DNA of 62,688 bases, the filler included, from Collodictyon triciliatum (taxonomy: Eukaryota), in assembly GCA_043381765.1 (NCBI GenBank). It is 37 parts of 37 records of this genome, joined end to end, with 100 filler letters (N's around TTAATTAATTAA, not from the genome) between each part and the next. Parts side by side here need not be neighbours in the genome. Positions count along the whole stretch, not along the records: positions 25,128 to 26,668 come from JBHJMP010010805.1; positions 26,769 to 28,308 come from JBHJMP010010806.1; positions 28,409 to 29,948 come from JBHJMP010010807.1; positions 30,049 to 31,588 come from JBHJMP010010808.1; positions 31,689 to 33,229 come from JBHJMP010010809.1; positions 33,330 to 34,868 come from JBHJMP010010810.1; positions 34,969 to 36,520 come from JBHJMP010010811.1; positions 36,621 to 38,157 come from JBHJMP010010812.1; 29 more parts are not named here. One strand, written 5' to 3'. Shown here in pieces: positions 25,550-39,390 of this stretch. The notes below the pieces were generated by a model that made no database searches, had not been told where the DNA came from, and was given only the letters and a program-made list of their open reading frames with translations. A program made the position numbers and the translations under genes. Position 1 is the first letter of the stretch; each line of letters opens with the position of its first letter.

Positions 25550-25996
25550 AATAAAACAAAATACAATAATAAATATATGTTAAACCTGAACACCCCTAAA
25601 AGTAAATAATCTTGCTATTCTGCAAGAAAAAAAAATCGATGAAGATAAGGAAAAAAAAAAGTCGAGGTCACCCCAACTTCCCCTTCGTTGCGTCAGACTG
25701 CTCCACTTCATCATTTTGAAGTTTTTCCTCCTTTATTCGATTCAAAGTGCAGCGAGGTTATGCCATCATTTTGAAGTTTAATTCCCATTCAACACATGGC
25801 TCTGTGACTTTGAATCGAATAAAGGGGGAAAACATGTGGCTCTGTGAAAAAGAAATCGAAGCCCAGCGCGCATGGTCAAGGACTGCGGTGACAAAGTGGA
25901 TTTTATTTTTATTTTATTTCTTAGCCAGCTGAGAAAGTCTCAATCCTTATTTCCACAAATAGAATATCAACACACTCGCCACAAACTCTTGCTGAG

Positions 25997-26150
25997 GTTT
26001 TTTTTTCCTTTATACGATTCAAAGTGCAGCAAGGTTATGTCATGCAAAGGGGCGAGATGGATGCGCATGGAAGAGAGCAAACGCGAGTAAGAGAAGACAC
26101 TACTGCGGAGAGGCTAGGACTGGAAAGAAATCAGTGATAGCGAGTTGGCC
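25997..26150 (-). mobile_element. 3' end of a polyadenylated retroelement family (TTTGAATCGAATAAAGG-An); further copies at ~11732-11758, 25722-25765, 25808-25832 (+), 30153-30272, 32028-32046, 32909-32937
   Basis: Recurrent motif (T)nCCTTTATTCGATTCAAAGTG(C/T)AGCGAGGTTATGCCA...AAACGCGAGTAAGAGAAGAC in several independent contigs, with variable 5' truncation. Confidence 0.8.
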
Positions 26151-27110
26151 AGAACTCCTGCCGAGGTTAGCTTGCCGCACGGATCAAAGAATGGCGCCTC
26201 ACGCAGTCACTTATCCACTGGGAGCGCACAAAATAAGCATAGTTGGTTAGAGTAATAAAAGTCTTGAAAATCATGGGGCCGTATTTTAGTCGCTTTGCTT
26301 GATCTGATCATTTTTTTCCCCCGCTCTTGTTGTCAAGTTCCGCCATGCGCACTTTGTTTCCCGTGCAAAGGCCAAAGTAACCAACTCATGCGGCAGTTTT
26401 GTTCTGTGTTGATTTTCTGAATGTCACTGATCGACTCCACTCCCTCTATTTTTGTCGGCGCATGATTTTCGTATAACCAATTAGAGCCCCTTTTTTTTTC
26501 TTCCTTTTTTTCTTCCTTTTTTTTCTTCCTTTTTTTCTTCCTTTTTTTCTTCCTTTTTTCTTTTCTTTTTCTTCTTTTCTTTTTCTTTTTCTTTTTCTTT
26601 TTCTTTTTCTTTTTCTTTTTCTTTTTCTTTTTCTTTTTCTTTTTCTTTTTCTTTTTCTTTTTCTTTTTNNNNNNNNNNNNNNNNNNNNNNNNNNNNNNNN
26701 NNNNNNNNNNNNTTAATTAATTAANNNNNNNNNNNNNNNNNNNNNNNNNNNNNNNNNNNNNNNNNNNNCAAAAAACAAAAAACAAAAAACAAAAAACAAA
26801 AAACAAAAAACAAAAAACAAAAAACAAAAAACAAAAAACAAAAAACAAAAAACAAAAAACAAATAACGAAGACGCAGACAAAAACAAAAACAAAAACAAA
26901 AACAAAAACAAAAACAAAAACAAAAACAAAACAAAAAACAAAAAACAAATAACGAAGACGCAGATAAAAACAAAAACAAAAACAAAAACAAAACAAAAAC
27001 AAAAATACAAATACAAATAAAAACAAAAATAAAACAAAAATAAAACAAAAAACAAAAATAAAACAAAAAACAAAAATAGAAACAATAAAAAACTTATCAA
27101 GTTGCTACAG

Positions 27111-27663
27111 AGATCGGCTCCGATGGACTCTAACAGAGGCACCTGTGCAAATAAGGACGAGACGGATTCACAGCCACACACACCAGTCAAAGCTGCCTCA
27201 TCCCATGCCCGAACGGAACCTCCAAGACTAGGGGAACCCCAGCCAGAATTAGAAGCATCCGCTCACACGCAACAAACACAGTCAATACCAGAAACACAAC
27301 CACAAACAAAGGCAGAACCACAAACACAGCCCCTGACCCATTTGGTCGATCCTCCTACTCCCACAACTGAGTCTGCATCCCTGGCTGGAGATTTCCCAAC
27401 GCCGCAGCGCCACATCGATCCATACTGCTCCATCTTTGCATCACCTTTGGGGACACACACGCCTATATTACAGGCTACCTTCTCAAGCACCCGCCCGACT
27501 GTATCTCTCAGCACATCCCGGGGGATTCCGCTTCATCACCTCGCAACACCTGAAAGCGCGATTGGCAGCACTAACCCGCGGTCTGGGTCTTATTTTGATC
27601 CGGTGTGCCTCAGTCCCTTCCACTTCCCACACAATTCGCTTCATGAGCATGAAAACACCCAAG
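27111..27663 (+). CDS. Pro/Thr/Gln-rich internal exon of an unidentified gene
   Basis: Long open frame between ctacag and aag|gtacgg; low complexity, no domain recognised. Confidence 0.45.
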
Positions 27664-28456
27664 GTACGGTACTCTACAAATAGAAAAGAGGGAAGCATAC
27701 CCCTTTGGTTAAGTAGCTGCACCTTTTGATTGGTACATCTTTACTTGTAGTACGGAAATGACTCTGTTCATTTCTGATGACGCAATAAACCCCTATGTTA
27801 TTTTAACAAATTATTGCACGCATAGGGGAGCCACACTTATCTAATTTTACGCATATGTCCTCCCGGCAGATTTCGTAAGTATACCATATATGCCATCACA
27901 TGTTATCAGGCTTATAATAATGGTGCGAACGGAAATGAATCCCTGATTATGCCATTTTTCTTTATTTTACTTCTACTTTAGCTATCTCATAAATTTCGTC
28001 ATTTCCTGAAATTTATTTACGCCCGGATACATAAATTTCTGATATTTTCATATTCAATCGCTCTTTATAGTTCCCTTGCCACAGAATTACCTGGCAGAGC
28101 CCCTTCTGCCCCGGATATTAATAGTGCGTCACAATATTCTCAAATATATTAAATAAAATAGTGGTATCTGATATCTTAAGCCCCTTGTTGATATAAGGTC
28201 TCTTCTTCTTCTTCTTCTTCTTCTTCTTCTTCTTCTTCTTCTTCTTCTTCTTCTTCTTCTTCTTCTTCTTCTTCTTCTTCTTCTTCTTCTTCTTCTTCTT
28301 CTTCTTCTNNNNNNNNNNNNNNNNNNNNNNNNNNNNNNNNNNNNNNNNNNNNTTAATTAATTAANNNNNNNNNNNNNNNNNNNNNNNNNNNNNNNNNNNN
28401 NNNNNNNNCGAAAAAGAAAACGATGAATTTTTTGTTGAAATGACTGAATGAATAAT

Positions 28457-28556
<100 letters not shown>

Positions 28557-28571
28557 ATAGTTTAATACTAC

Positions 28572-29757
28572 CATTCCCGATTGCAAAGCATGCAAACTTT
28601 CTCGTACTCGGGTCAGAATCACCACAACAAGCAATCAAATCTGGAATGATGTAGTACCTTGACAAATAAAAAAATCGATATGACTTAAGCATCTCCTAAT
28701 TATAAAACCAATATCTGAGCGATATAGATAACCAACGACAATACAATAAGGTTTGATTTAATGACATATATGGACTGAAAGCGCACTTTGTTAGTGGGTC
28801 ATAAAACAATGCGGAATGACGACAAAGGTTTCCGACCAAATTACAGGCTTTCGATCGAACATTAGGGTCGTTGTGCGAGAGAAGATGCTTCACAGAAGTG
28901 TAAATGTTTGCAGCGTTGATAGGCATATAATAGTCCTTGGACACTCTTTGGATATGTATATTCCAGGTATAAGTTGTAACCACATTTTCTCCTTACAAAA
29001 TGTACTTGATGAACCAGTATCACTTATCAGGTAATCACTCTGAAGGAATGAATGAGTAAATCTTTACCGTGCCAGTTGGCTGACTATGAGAAGCGTGTCG
29101 ACAATAACGCTACTTGGATTAGGGGCTACGGAAATAAAATTTAGTAACACTCGTTCATACCGCAGAAAAAGCCTAATGGCGGTGTGACTACAATATCCTT
29201 TATTGCTATTTCATAATCTCATTACTGGCTAGTAGAGAGTTGATTCTTTTCGAATCCAGTCCGTGGTTGTCGACAAACTGCTTTGCGAATTGATTCCCAC
29301 CTAACACTAGGCGAGAGAGAAGACCTATGAAAAAAATATAGATATGATTATTCTTGCTGTGATTTTACCGCAGATGGAGGAAAATATTCATCCTTGGTGA
29401 AATTATGCCCATAGATTATTGGAGGCTGATAGACGGACCCATAGGAAGTTCATAATACTCAATCGGGATGAACATCAAACTTTCCAGAATGTAAGTGACT
29501 AACTGGCATTGGTACATAATCTCTTGGATTTGAGCGAGAGTCTAAAATGTGATGGTAGTTTTACCTTATGGATTTCAAGCGAATTCAACAGTGTGAAAAA
29601 AATAATAGAGATAACGCTATGCGTAGCATAATAAAATAAAATAACAAAATAAATAAATTACGTGCTCCTTGACGCCAGATGCAAATGGCAAGTAGAATAT
29701 GCTAATCACTTGGACAACAAGGTCAGCAGCCAGGCTCACACTGTTTGTAGATGACCT
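28572..29757 (-). CDS. STK36: Fused/STK36 (TIO/tsunami-like) kinase C-terminal ARM/HEAT region, internal exons
   Basis: FSRLVLGGNQFAKQFV, VIVDTLLIVSQLAR, VSKDYY..I...LLSHNDPNVRSKACNLVGNLCRHSALFY, LIACCGDSDPSTRKFACFAIGN. This motif series is typical of Fused-family C-termini. Confidence 0.85.
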
Positions 29758-32506
29758 TGAAGTAATAGTACTTATGAGAAATGCGAATGAATACATTCAT
29801 CCAAGGAGAAAAAAAGAATGGGAATATATGAATGATTCAAATGCAAGGAATCAGAAAAGAAGAAAAGAAAAAAGAAAAGAAAAAAGAAAAGAAAAAAGAA
29901 AAGAAAAAAGAAAAGAAAAAAGAAAAGAAAAAAGAAAAGAAAAAGGAANNNNNNNNNNNNNNNNNNNNNNNNNNNNNNNNNNNNNNNNNNNNTTAATTAA
30001 TTAANNNNNNNNNNNNNNNNNNNNNNNNNNNNNNNNNNNNNNNNNNNNATTTGGCTAGTTCGTCAGGTGCTACTATAAAAAGCTTTTGTTAGATTCCACT
30101 GAGAAAGCATTAAAATTAATCTATCCGAAACTTTGTATATCTGAAATGATTAAATTTTTGTTCCTTAATTCGATTCAAAGTGCAGCGCGGTTTTGCCATA
30201 CAAAGGGACGAGATAAGTGCGCGTGGTAGAAAACAAACGCGAGTAGAAGACACCACCGTAGAAAGGCTAGCAATATCTATAATGTTTGTTTTAAAATCTT
30301 TTCATGTTGTAAAATTCAATCACCTTTGTTTTTCGAACATCTATTCTTATAATTCATCCATCATCCAGTCTCATTTGTGCCCATGTGAGAGATAAAGAAA
30401 ATTTTGTAATGATAACAAAGAAGCAGAGTCTACTACTTTCTTAGGATTATATAATCAAAGGACTTATGTATTAAGTCATGCAAAGTGTATCATACTTAAA
30501 TCCGACTAATTGAAGTGTAATTTTGCGACTAAAGGCGCCGCGTTGAAAGGACGACTATCTCCGGATTATTAGAAATGTATAATTGTTTAAGTTTCCAAAA
30601 ATATTGAGGTTTAGTGTAGTAATTAATTCAACTATAAATATTTGTATGTTTTTATGGAGTCTATTCGACAATTCAAGAGCATTATTCTTACGAATCCACT
30701 ATTGCCTTTGTTGCAGGAGTTGTGCAGTATGTCAATTATTGCTTGTAATATGGTGGATACTAAATGTGAATGATCAATAAAAACGATTTTTAAAATTGAA
30801 AGAATTCAATATATATAAATAAAGAATGGGGTAGTAAATATCAAAACAGTAAATAGAGTAACCGCTTCTTGATTACGCAGATTTCTTCCTCTTCGATGGT
30901 TGCAAATGTTCGAACGAACAATTGATGTTGCGGATTGTCTTATTATTTAAAAATTATGTCATCTCGCGTGTATTAAAAATCGATTCTTTGAAAGAATTTG
31001 TTATTATAAAGTTACATGATTACATTTCCGGTGCCAAATGATCAGCTTCAGTCGCAGGGATGCAGTCATTACAGATAAACTTTTCCTCCCCTTTTGGCCA
31101 TAGCTCAACCATTTTCTCTATCATATGGACAGTGAGGGTCATTTAGGTATCGTTTATAATAGCATGACTAATAAAAGTATATATTGTTATATATTTTGAT
31201 ACGGCCTGCGGCTGATGAAAAAAACTTAACAATGGTAATAAAAAGATAATGATAGATAATTGATTACTTTCCCTTAATCATAGCGATTCCCCGAGCACAA
31301 TAAACGATGAGGGGCTTAGTCTGTTGTCCTGATAGTATGTTCCCAGACATGTTAAATTGACGGCAGCTTCGCTAGATAAAAAATAAAAAAAAATATAGAG
31401 GGAGGAAGGCATATAATTATTATATTGATCAGAATATGTTATATTTTTTTACTTGTACGTGAATCCCATAAAAAGTCTGAGTTGAGAAGAGCTAGGCAAA
31501 AAGATCAAAATAACTGAAATGATGGCAAGTATGTGGCTAAATGAGATGTACTTGATGTTTGCATCTTTGGGAAAATCCGTCCAAGAGANNNNNNNNNNNN
31601 NNNNNNNNNNNNNNNNNNNNNNNNNNNNNNNNTTAATTAATTAANNNNNNNNNNNNNNNNNNNNNNNNNNNNNNNNNNNNNNNNNNNNGAATTTTGGTGA
31701 AAAATACCTGGAATTTCATGATTTGGGCTAATCTCGACTTTTTGTGTAATTGTTTGTTTCTGTTTACTTTGTTTACTTGTTAAGTCTGTAACTCAATTAC
31801 TTTACTATGGATGTGCGATACTGTGATGTTAATTTTTTTGAATGGACAAGCACATCTAAAGTCTTGTGCATTCATCTATCCGGTGTAGAATTTTGATTCA
31901 TCGTAAATGCTTAGTGATTGCTTTCGTTTTATGCGTTGTGGAAGAAGTTACCCTTTTTCTCATATATTGTATGCACGATAGAATGTTCCTCACGGTGTAG
32001 AAACGTCGATGCTATTCCTTATATTTTGCCCTTTATTCTATTCAAAGGATATTATTCCTTATATAATAAACTATTACAAAAACTAAAATGAATGTAGAAA
32101 GAAAAACTTTTAAAATCTTTTGATTGCTTGTGAAAAAAAGCACAGACATTAAAAAAAAAGGGACGAAAATTGCATTCTATCCGAATTCAGTTACTTCTAT
32201 CCAAAATAATATATATTTCTTTTTTCAAAATGTCACTAAAGAATATTTTATAACTATTAGAATGAATTGATATATCGAATAAAGGGAAAAAATTACTTTA
32301 TGAGATTCCACATGGTTTATATGAATTTATACAATTTGTCATACCAATGAAGGTTAAAAGATTTTTATACTAAATTACTATATGTGTATTGGATGGTATC
32401 TCCTGCCATATAGTTGAATCTTGAATAAATCTCATGGAGTTATCTTGATGGCTACATAATCAAAAATAATCAAACAGAGAAAGAGAAACAGCATGAACAA
32501 CAACAA

Positions 32507-32565
<59 letters not shown>

Positions 32566-33329
32566 GAGAAATAGCGAAAAAAATAATAGAAAAAAGGAAA
32601 AGTTTTCAATTCTCTATTTTCAGAAAGTTGCAAGTTCTATCCACACAACTGGTGATTTGCTTATTCCTCATTTACTTGCAATATATAGGTGATACATATT
32701 ATTAAAAGTATTGGTTTACACTATTTTCATCGATTTACAACCAATATTTCGTCTTTAGTTCTATTTGTTATCTAAAGCAATATATTGATTAAATTTCACA
32801 TGTCTTAGTAAATGCATATTTTGAAGACATTTGAATAAATACTGAAGATAACTATTTCAATCTTTCTCAGTCGATTAAAAATAAGGGGAAGATTACAAAT
32901 GAAACGAAATTTTTTTTCCTTTATTCGATTCGAGGTACAAATAGAGCGAGAATAAATAGGGAAACCTTCCTCTTTTTTTTTCATATAATGTTGCCGTTTT
33001 CATTTATGTCGCGCATGATTTATGTTACCTCATTATATAATTCATTCATTATTAGTTACAAAATTATATCCTCCGTTGATTAGCTCTTAATAAAATTTTA
33101 GTTTAATATCATTACACAACAAATAATTAAATATAAAAATATAATATCAAATGACATTTCATGCTTTATATTTTTGCTTCAATTTGTGCGAGATGGTGAC
33201 ATTTGAGTTTGGTTCGCTGGCCTTCATTCNNNNNNNNNNNNNNNNNNNNNNNNNNNNNNNNNNNNNNNNNNNNTTAATTAATTAANNNNNNNNNNNNNNN
33301 NNNNNNNNNNNNNNNNNNNNNNNNNNNNN

Positions 33330-34868
33330 TAGAAAAAAATACCGTTGATGTCCGAAAATTTCCCATTCCAAACTATTTGGAGACTTATCCAATCAAAGCG
33401 GCATCGCCTAGAATCATGCCAGCATTTTCTAGAGTTGAGGATAAGATTTATTACTTTGGAGGTCAATCGCCAACAACAAGAATAAATGATGTTTGGGTGC
33501 TTGATACAAGTATGAATTGATTATAATTCGTCACCCATTTCAATTATTATCTTAAAATAAAAACACGTCGTTAGAAAAAACGTCCATTTCAATCTTTCAT
33601 CTACTCTATGCTCTTTGAAAAATCCACTACTCTGTTAAGAATTTTACACTCTAGATACTGTAACATGGATAAATAGTAGCAATTCACTTTATCCGGTTGG
33701 AAGGATAAACCCTCATATTACATCCATGAACGAAAACATAATATATATGTTTGGAGGGGAAATAAGACTTTTCCTTACACCTCAGCCCATAAACGATCTA
33801 TGGGCTTTTGACATAAGTACAAGAAAAAACTTTTTTATGAATGCACATTTATATGCGTATTTTTCCGTTTTGAGATGTTCACTAAGATATAAAATTTAGA
33901 TTCAATGAAATGGACAAGATTAAAAGAAGAAGTTGTGTGTCTCCCTTCCCTAGATGACTGTGCTCCGGCTGTTTTATATGCTGTATATTAACTAGATAAA
34001 CAAGCCCGTCCATGCATTTTCTTTATCTCTCATAATATAATTTTATGAGAAAATAAAGATAATTATAATAATATACATCTAACCATTTGTAACATTCTAT
34101 TTCTGAAGGCTTTTGGAGGCTATGAAAATAGTCTTTATCTCATCGGTGGATCCTTTCCTTGGCCATATAAGCCAGTTTTTAAAAGATTTTCTTTGTGTAA
34201 TATTCAAAAATCATACATATCAGAGTATAATATATTTAAATTTAATATTATTCATAGTAAAAATATTTCTAACAAAGCTCTAGGAAAATGGCTCAACATG
34301 GAAGGTATTGGAAACGATGTAATGGAATTTGGTATTCGCTTCAACTCTGCCTATTCGTCGATTGGCTCAAAATTTTACATGTGGGGCGGGACGAATTCTG
34401 ATAATACTCCAATATCAAATGGAACATATATATACGACTTTGAAACAAAGAAGGGTCGTATTCTCTACACTCAATCCCAAAGTCCAGTCATCCGAAAGAA
34501 TCCGCAAGGATTTTCTGTAAATGAGAATTTTTGTTTCATAGATACATGGATTAGTGATACTTTGATTGATAGAGAGTTGTGGTGTCTAACAAAAGGTTCT
34601 TTTTTTTTCAACTCATTAATTTATAATATATCTAAAGACAATGAAAATTCTTTTAAAAGTATTTTTTATTGTTCTGATAGAACTGAAAAATCTAATACGT
34701 TTTTTTGTTATAGAGATATCATGGGTAATGAAAGGAAAGATTCCTAAAGAAATACCAGACAAAGCTGTTGTTTTAGGATATTATACAAGTTTGATGACTT
34801 TTGGTGGAATGGATAAGAATGGAATCATATATAATGACTTTTGGATGAATGACAGTAACCCTCATATC
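33330..34868 (+). CDS. Kelch-repeat protein, internal exons
   Basis: Repeated kelch motifs: KIYYFGGQ..INDVWVLDT..TW, IIYMFGGE..INDLWAFDI..MKW, LYLIGGS, KFYMWGGT..YIYDFET, LMTFGGMD..YNDFW. Confidence 0.9.
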
Positions 34869-35349
34869 NNNNNNNNNNNNNNNNNNNNNNNNNNNNNNNN
34901 NNNNNNNNNNNNTTAATTAATTAANNNNNNNNNNNNNNNNNNNNNNNNNNNNNNNNNNNNNNNNNNNNGTTAAAAAAAAAGTTTTATGTGATTGATCGAG
35001 ATGGCGTCCGCTGGTGTAATCAAGAGTTTGCATGCCATCTTGGTTCAACGATGTTTAGATCTGGAATTTATTAATAAACGTAATATATAGCTTATAGTTC
35101 GCACATTGAGCAAAAATATATAAATTTGCAGGCAGTATTGACACAAGTAATATCTATATAGATATGCTCACTACCATGCCCTTCAAGTTGGCTTGGTGGT
35201 CGTCCGCTATTTGAATGGAGCAGAACAAACATCATAACCAAAGCCCAAAACACGCGCAGACAACACTTCAGAGCGGGACAAAAGCCTGTGTCTATTTCTT
35301 TTATTCAACTAACAAACAACTGTGTCTATCCACTAGACCGCCCACACGG

Positions 35350-36228
35350 ATGAGTAGCCAAGGTCTAGGAAACTTCCGTTTCGTCGATCTTGGAAAAAAG
35401 ATTGTCGCGATCGGTAGGAACTATGCTGAACACGCAGCAGAGCTCGGAAATCAAGTAAAACGCAAACCTGATCTCTTGAAAAGAGCCCATACCCCGTTTT
35501 TTTCTTCTTCTTTTGCTTCCGGTTCTCGGTGATAACCCTCGAAATGATAGACTCTGTTTCTTATCATTATTATTATTATTATTATTTTTTTTTTAAAAAA
35601 AACGTTGGCGAGATCTTTTTCAAAAGAAGATCCGCCTCGCCTACAAGATAATCGCCTTACCTTCACAACGTCCCAATAATTCATTTCAAACAGACTCCGT
35701 CCTCGCCATTCTTTTTCCTGAAGCCAACGTCAAGCTACCTCCCTTTTCGACGCGGGGAGACACTTGCACCAATCGTTCTTCCCAAGCAATCAAACGACGT
35801 TCATCATGAAGGCAAGTCATAGAGATCTATCTGAAACACATATCCGAAACCACCAGCCTTATTTTTAGTTTTTATATACTAATACAATATTACCTCATGC
35901 AAGCAAATACAAATGCTCAGTATTCTGGACTCTGTCCTGTTTGATTTTCTCAAATTATTCCAAACTCCTTTCTTAAACTTTAAAAATATGAAAAAAATGA
36001 TTTCAAAGAATCTAGTTACTCACATATATTGAAATTCTATAACTCTGTACATCATTGTAAGTGAAGTAACGCCTTATAGTGGAGCTTGGTGTGGTAATTG
36101 GGAAAAAAGCAAAGGATGTAGAATCCAAGGACGCTTTCCAATACGTCGCGGGGTATGTCGTTGCCCTGGATTTAACCGCAAGAGATATCCAAGCTGCAGC
36201 CAAAGCAAAGGGCCTTCCATGGTCTGAA
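35350..36228 (+). CDS. FAHD1: Fumarylacetoacetate hydrolase domain protein 1 (acylpyruvase), 3'-partial
   Basis: KKIVAIGRNYAEHAAELGNQ / PFFFLKPTSSY..VHHE / VELGVVIGK..YVAGYVVALDLTARDIQAAAKAKGLPW. Confidence 0.93.
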
Positions 36229-36828
36229 GTAAGTGTCTGGATCTATTTGGGAGTTTCTGTATAAATGATAGATTTTTCTATGCGATTAGGTATATAATAA
36301 TTAGTTAAAAAAAACCTTTGTAGCTGTAAAAGTAGAACCCCACCCCTTATAAAATGCAAAAAAACAAACAAGCAAATAAAAACAAGCAAATAAAAACAAG
36401 CAAATAAAAACAAGCAAATAAAAACAAGCAAATAAAAACAAGCAAATAAAAACAAGCAAATAAAAACAAGCAAATAAAAACAAGCAAATAAAAACAAGCA
36501 AATAAAAACAAGCAAATAAANNNNNNNNNNNNNNNNNNNNNNNNNNNNNNNNNNNNNNNNNNNNTTAATTAATTAANNNNNNNNNNNNNNNNNNNNNNNN
36601 NNNNNNNNNNNNNNNNNNNNAAAAAAATACAAAAAAATACAAAAAAATACAAAAAAATACAAAAAAAATACAAAAAAAATACAAAAAAAATACAAAAAAA
36701 TACAAAAAAAAACAAAACAATGCAAAATTAAGCTCCGATGTTGTTATGTAAAGTGGCATCCGAGAATGTGTGATTAAGCAAGGGAATGCAAGATATGTCG
36801 ATAAATCATTTGATGTACATAAAAAAAC

Positions 36829-37805
36829 CTCTGCAGTTTTTATTTGATTCTCATTTATCTTTTCTTCAATTAGTTTGCTTCTTTGGATAATAATATCTTT
36901 GTAGGATAACACTTTTCTTCTTAAATTTATGAGACCTTCGCTGATTCTGGTAGATTTATGATATTGGAGACAAGCCGTGTTTTCTCTCTCACACATACGG
37001 CATTGAAATTTCAACCAATGTGGACATTCAACACAATAATACGCTAGATGATAGCCTGCGTGGTGTGGGCAGTAGATCTTCAAGTCATCAATTTGTTGAA
37101 TGGCCCTGAAAGATGGAGACAGCACATTAAAATTTACAAATGCAAGCGTGTTTTTATAAGAACAAAAACACATACACAGAAAAGCAAGAAAAGCAAGAAA
37201 AGCAAGAAAAGCAAGAAAAGCAAGAAAAGCAAGAAAAAGAAAGAAAAATTAAAAATGAATATGTTAAATGGAGATAGTGTTTTCGCTATTGAATATGTTT
37301 TGCATAACATGATTATATTCTAAAACGTATAAATGAAACAATTTTTGAAGAAATATAATATAATTCTAGAGACATACCGAATTTTTGATGTTGATGACTG
37401 AAGTCCCTCCTGCGCTGTTTCTGGCATGCAACTCACACAATATGTCTTATGAGTACGGAGATCTTTATATGATGCAATAGATATCGATCCACTCTTTTGG
37501 CATTCTTCTGCTTGACAGAGTCTGGGGCTAAAGTATCCATCCTTCTGGTCATCGGCTTCTCTAGCGCACTCAGAGATTTGATTGGATAGGATACGTGATT
37601 GATCCCTAACAATAGGCTGCAGACAAACAGAACATATTTCGGGTCTATCCCTGTCGAAACAGTCCTTACAAATCCTGTGTCCGCAACCGAGCCGATAACA
37701 CTCGGCAAACAGCTTTTGACACGAGACACAATTAATTCCGATGCTTAAGAACAATTTTTGCATTCTATCATATCCCTCTATCGGAAGGCTCCTTGTATAG
37801 TCCAT
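36829..37805 (-). CDS. RING + B-box + coiled-coil (TRIM/RBCC-like) E3 ligase, 3'-partial
   Basis: C3HC4 RING CVSC..LGCGHRICKDC..CSVC, a degenerate Cys cluster, B-box CPHH..YYCVEC..CRMC..H, then a helical coiled-coil segment; intron ~37376-37106. Confidence 0.8.
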
Positions 37806-38257
37806 CTGTACATCAAAACAAAAATTACGGGCCTTGAGGTATAATATATTATGCAAAAAAAAAATATACTTAAGAATTAAGTCGCATATTAAGGCAAAGA
37901 AAATGGACTAGCAGTCCATTGGCGTAGGTGATAGTAAAAATCGATTGAGTGATGACTGTGTCAACTTATTTCGTGACTAGATTTTGGGCTTTTTTTTTTT
38001 TTTGATAATATATTATCAAAAAATTGCCCTTTTGTATTCTGTACCCGTGTCAGCTTCAGTACCAAATAAAAATAAAAATAAAAATAAAAATAAAAATAAA
38101 AATAAAAATAAAAATAAAAATAAAAATAAGAATAAAAACATAAAACATAAAAACATANNNNNNNNNNNNNNNNNNNNNNNNNNNNNNNNNNNNNNNNNNN
38201 NTTAATTAATTAANNNNNNNNNNNNNNNNNNNNNNNNNNNNNNNNNNNNNNNNNNNN

Positions 38258-38940
38258 TCGATGGACCTCAACCCTATGCTGGACCTCAACCATTCGATGG
38301 ACCTCAACCCTATGCTGGACCTCAACCCTTTGCTGGACCTCAACCCTATGCTGGACCTCAACCCTATGCTGGACCTCAACCATTCGATGGACCTCAACCC
38401 TATGCTGGACCTCAACCCTTCGATGGACCTCAACCCTATGCTGGACCTCAACCTTTTGCTGGACCTCAACCCTATGCTGGACCTCAACCCTATGCTGGAC
38501 CTCAACCATTCGATGGACCTCAACCCTATGCTGGACCTCAACCCTATGCTGGACCTCAACCCTATGCTGGACCTCAACCATTCGATGGACCTCAACCTTT
38601 TGCTGGACCTCAACCATTCGATGGACCTCAACCTTTTGCTGGACCTCAACCATTCGATGGACCTCAACCCTATGCCGGACCTCAACCCTATGCTGGACCT
38701 CAACCCTATGCTGGACCTCAACCCTATGCTGGACCTCAACCATTCGATGGACCTCAACCCTATGCTGGACCTCAACCTTTTGCTGGACCTCAACCTTTTG
38801 CTGGACCTCAACCCTATGCTGGACCTCAACCATTCGATGGACCTCAACCTTTTGCTGGACCTCAACCTTTTGCTGGACCTCAACCATTCGATGGACCTCA
38901 ACCCTATGCTGGACCTCATGAGCATCCAAACAGCGAATGA
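38258..38940 (+). CDS. Coding 18-bp tandem repeat (~36 units) encoding (GPQP[YF][AD])n, the C-terminus of an unidentified protein
   Basis: Unit variants differ at Pro wobble (CCC/CCA/CCT), Tyr/Phe (TAT/TTC/TTT), Ala wobble (GCT/GCC) and Ala/Asp. The frame ends GPHEHPNSE-TGA. Confidence 0.65.
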
Positions 38941-39390
38941 CTAGTAAATTTAAATTTTTTTTTAAACTTGGACTAATTCGAAACTAATTAAGAAAATTAC
39001 TAATAACAGAAGCCCAAGAAAGTTTACCCGGCGTCATCGGGTTTTTTTCTAGCATAGACCAAGAAGCTTTTTCCCGAGACATAAAAATTCATAAATAAAG
39101 CACCAGAGCACATGAGCAATAACCAGAATGATGGAATTTCTGCATTACCCTTCCGCTCTTTTGGCTATTTTTTTTCAATTAACGCATTAAGTTAATAGTG
39201 CACTATGTAACGTCATACGCCTGCGTCAGAATATACCATGAAAATGTTTTGTTCGTTTCCTCTTTTTTTTCTTCGGTTTAAATATGAAACATCTGGTATG
39301 GCTTGATAAAATTTGAGGGTGCATTCCAAAAAATAAAAGCGATGTGATCAAGACACCATTGAGTCTACAGTGCTTCAAGTGAAAGGCAAA

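Noticed and set aside
30049-33229. Short possible exons or relic ORFs in two AT-rich contigs (likewise 44806-46342, 51351-54520, 57889-58950)
   Set aside because: No recognisable motif or consistent splice chain could be built by eye.
38258-38917. 18-bp array as a CRISPR-like repeat/spacer locus
   Set aside because: The variable part is only ~7 nt and recurs as a few variants. There are no unique spacers or cas genes, and the variation fits a coding frame.
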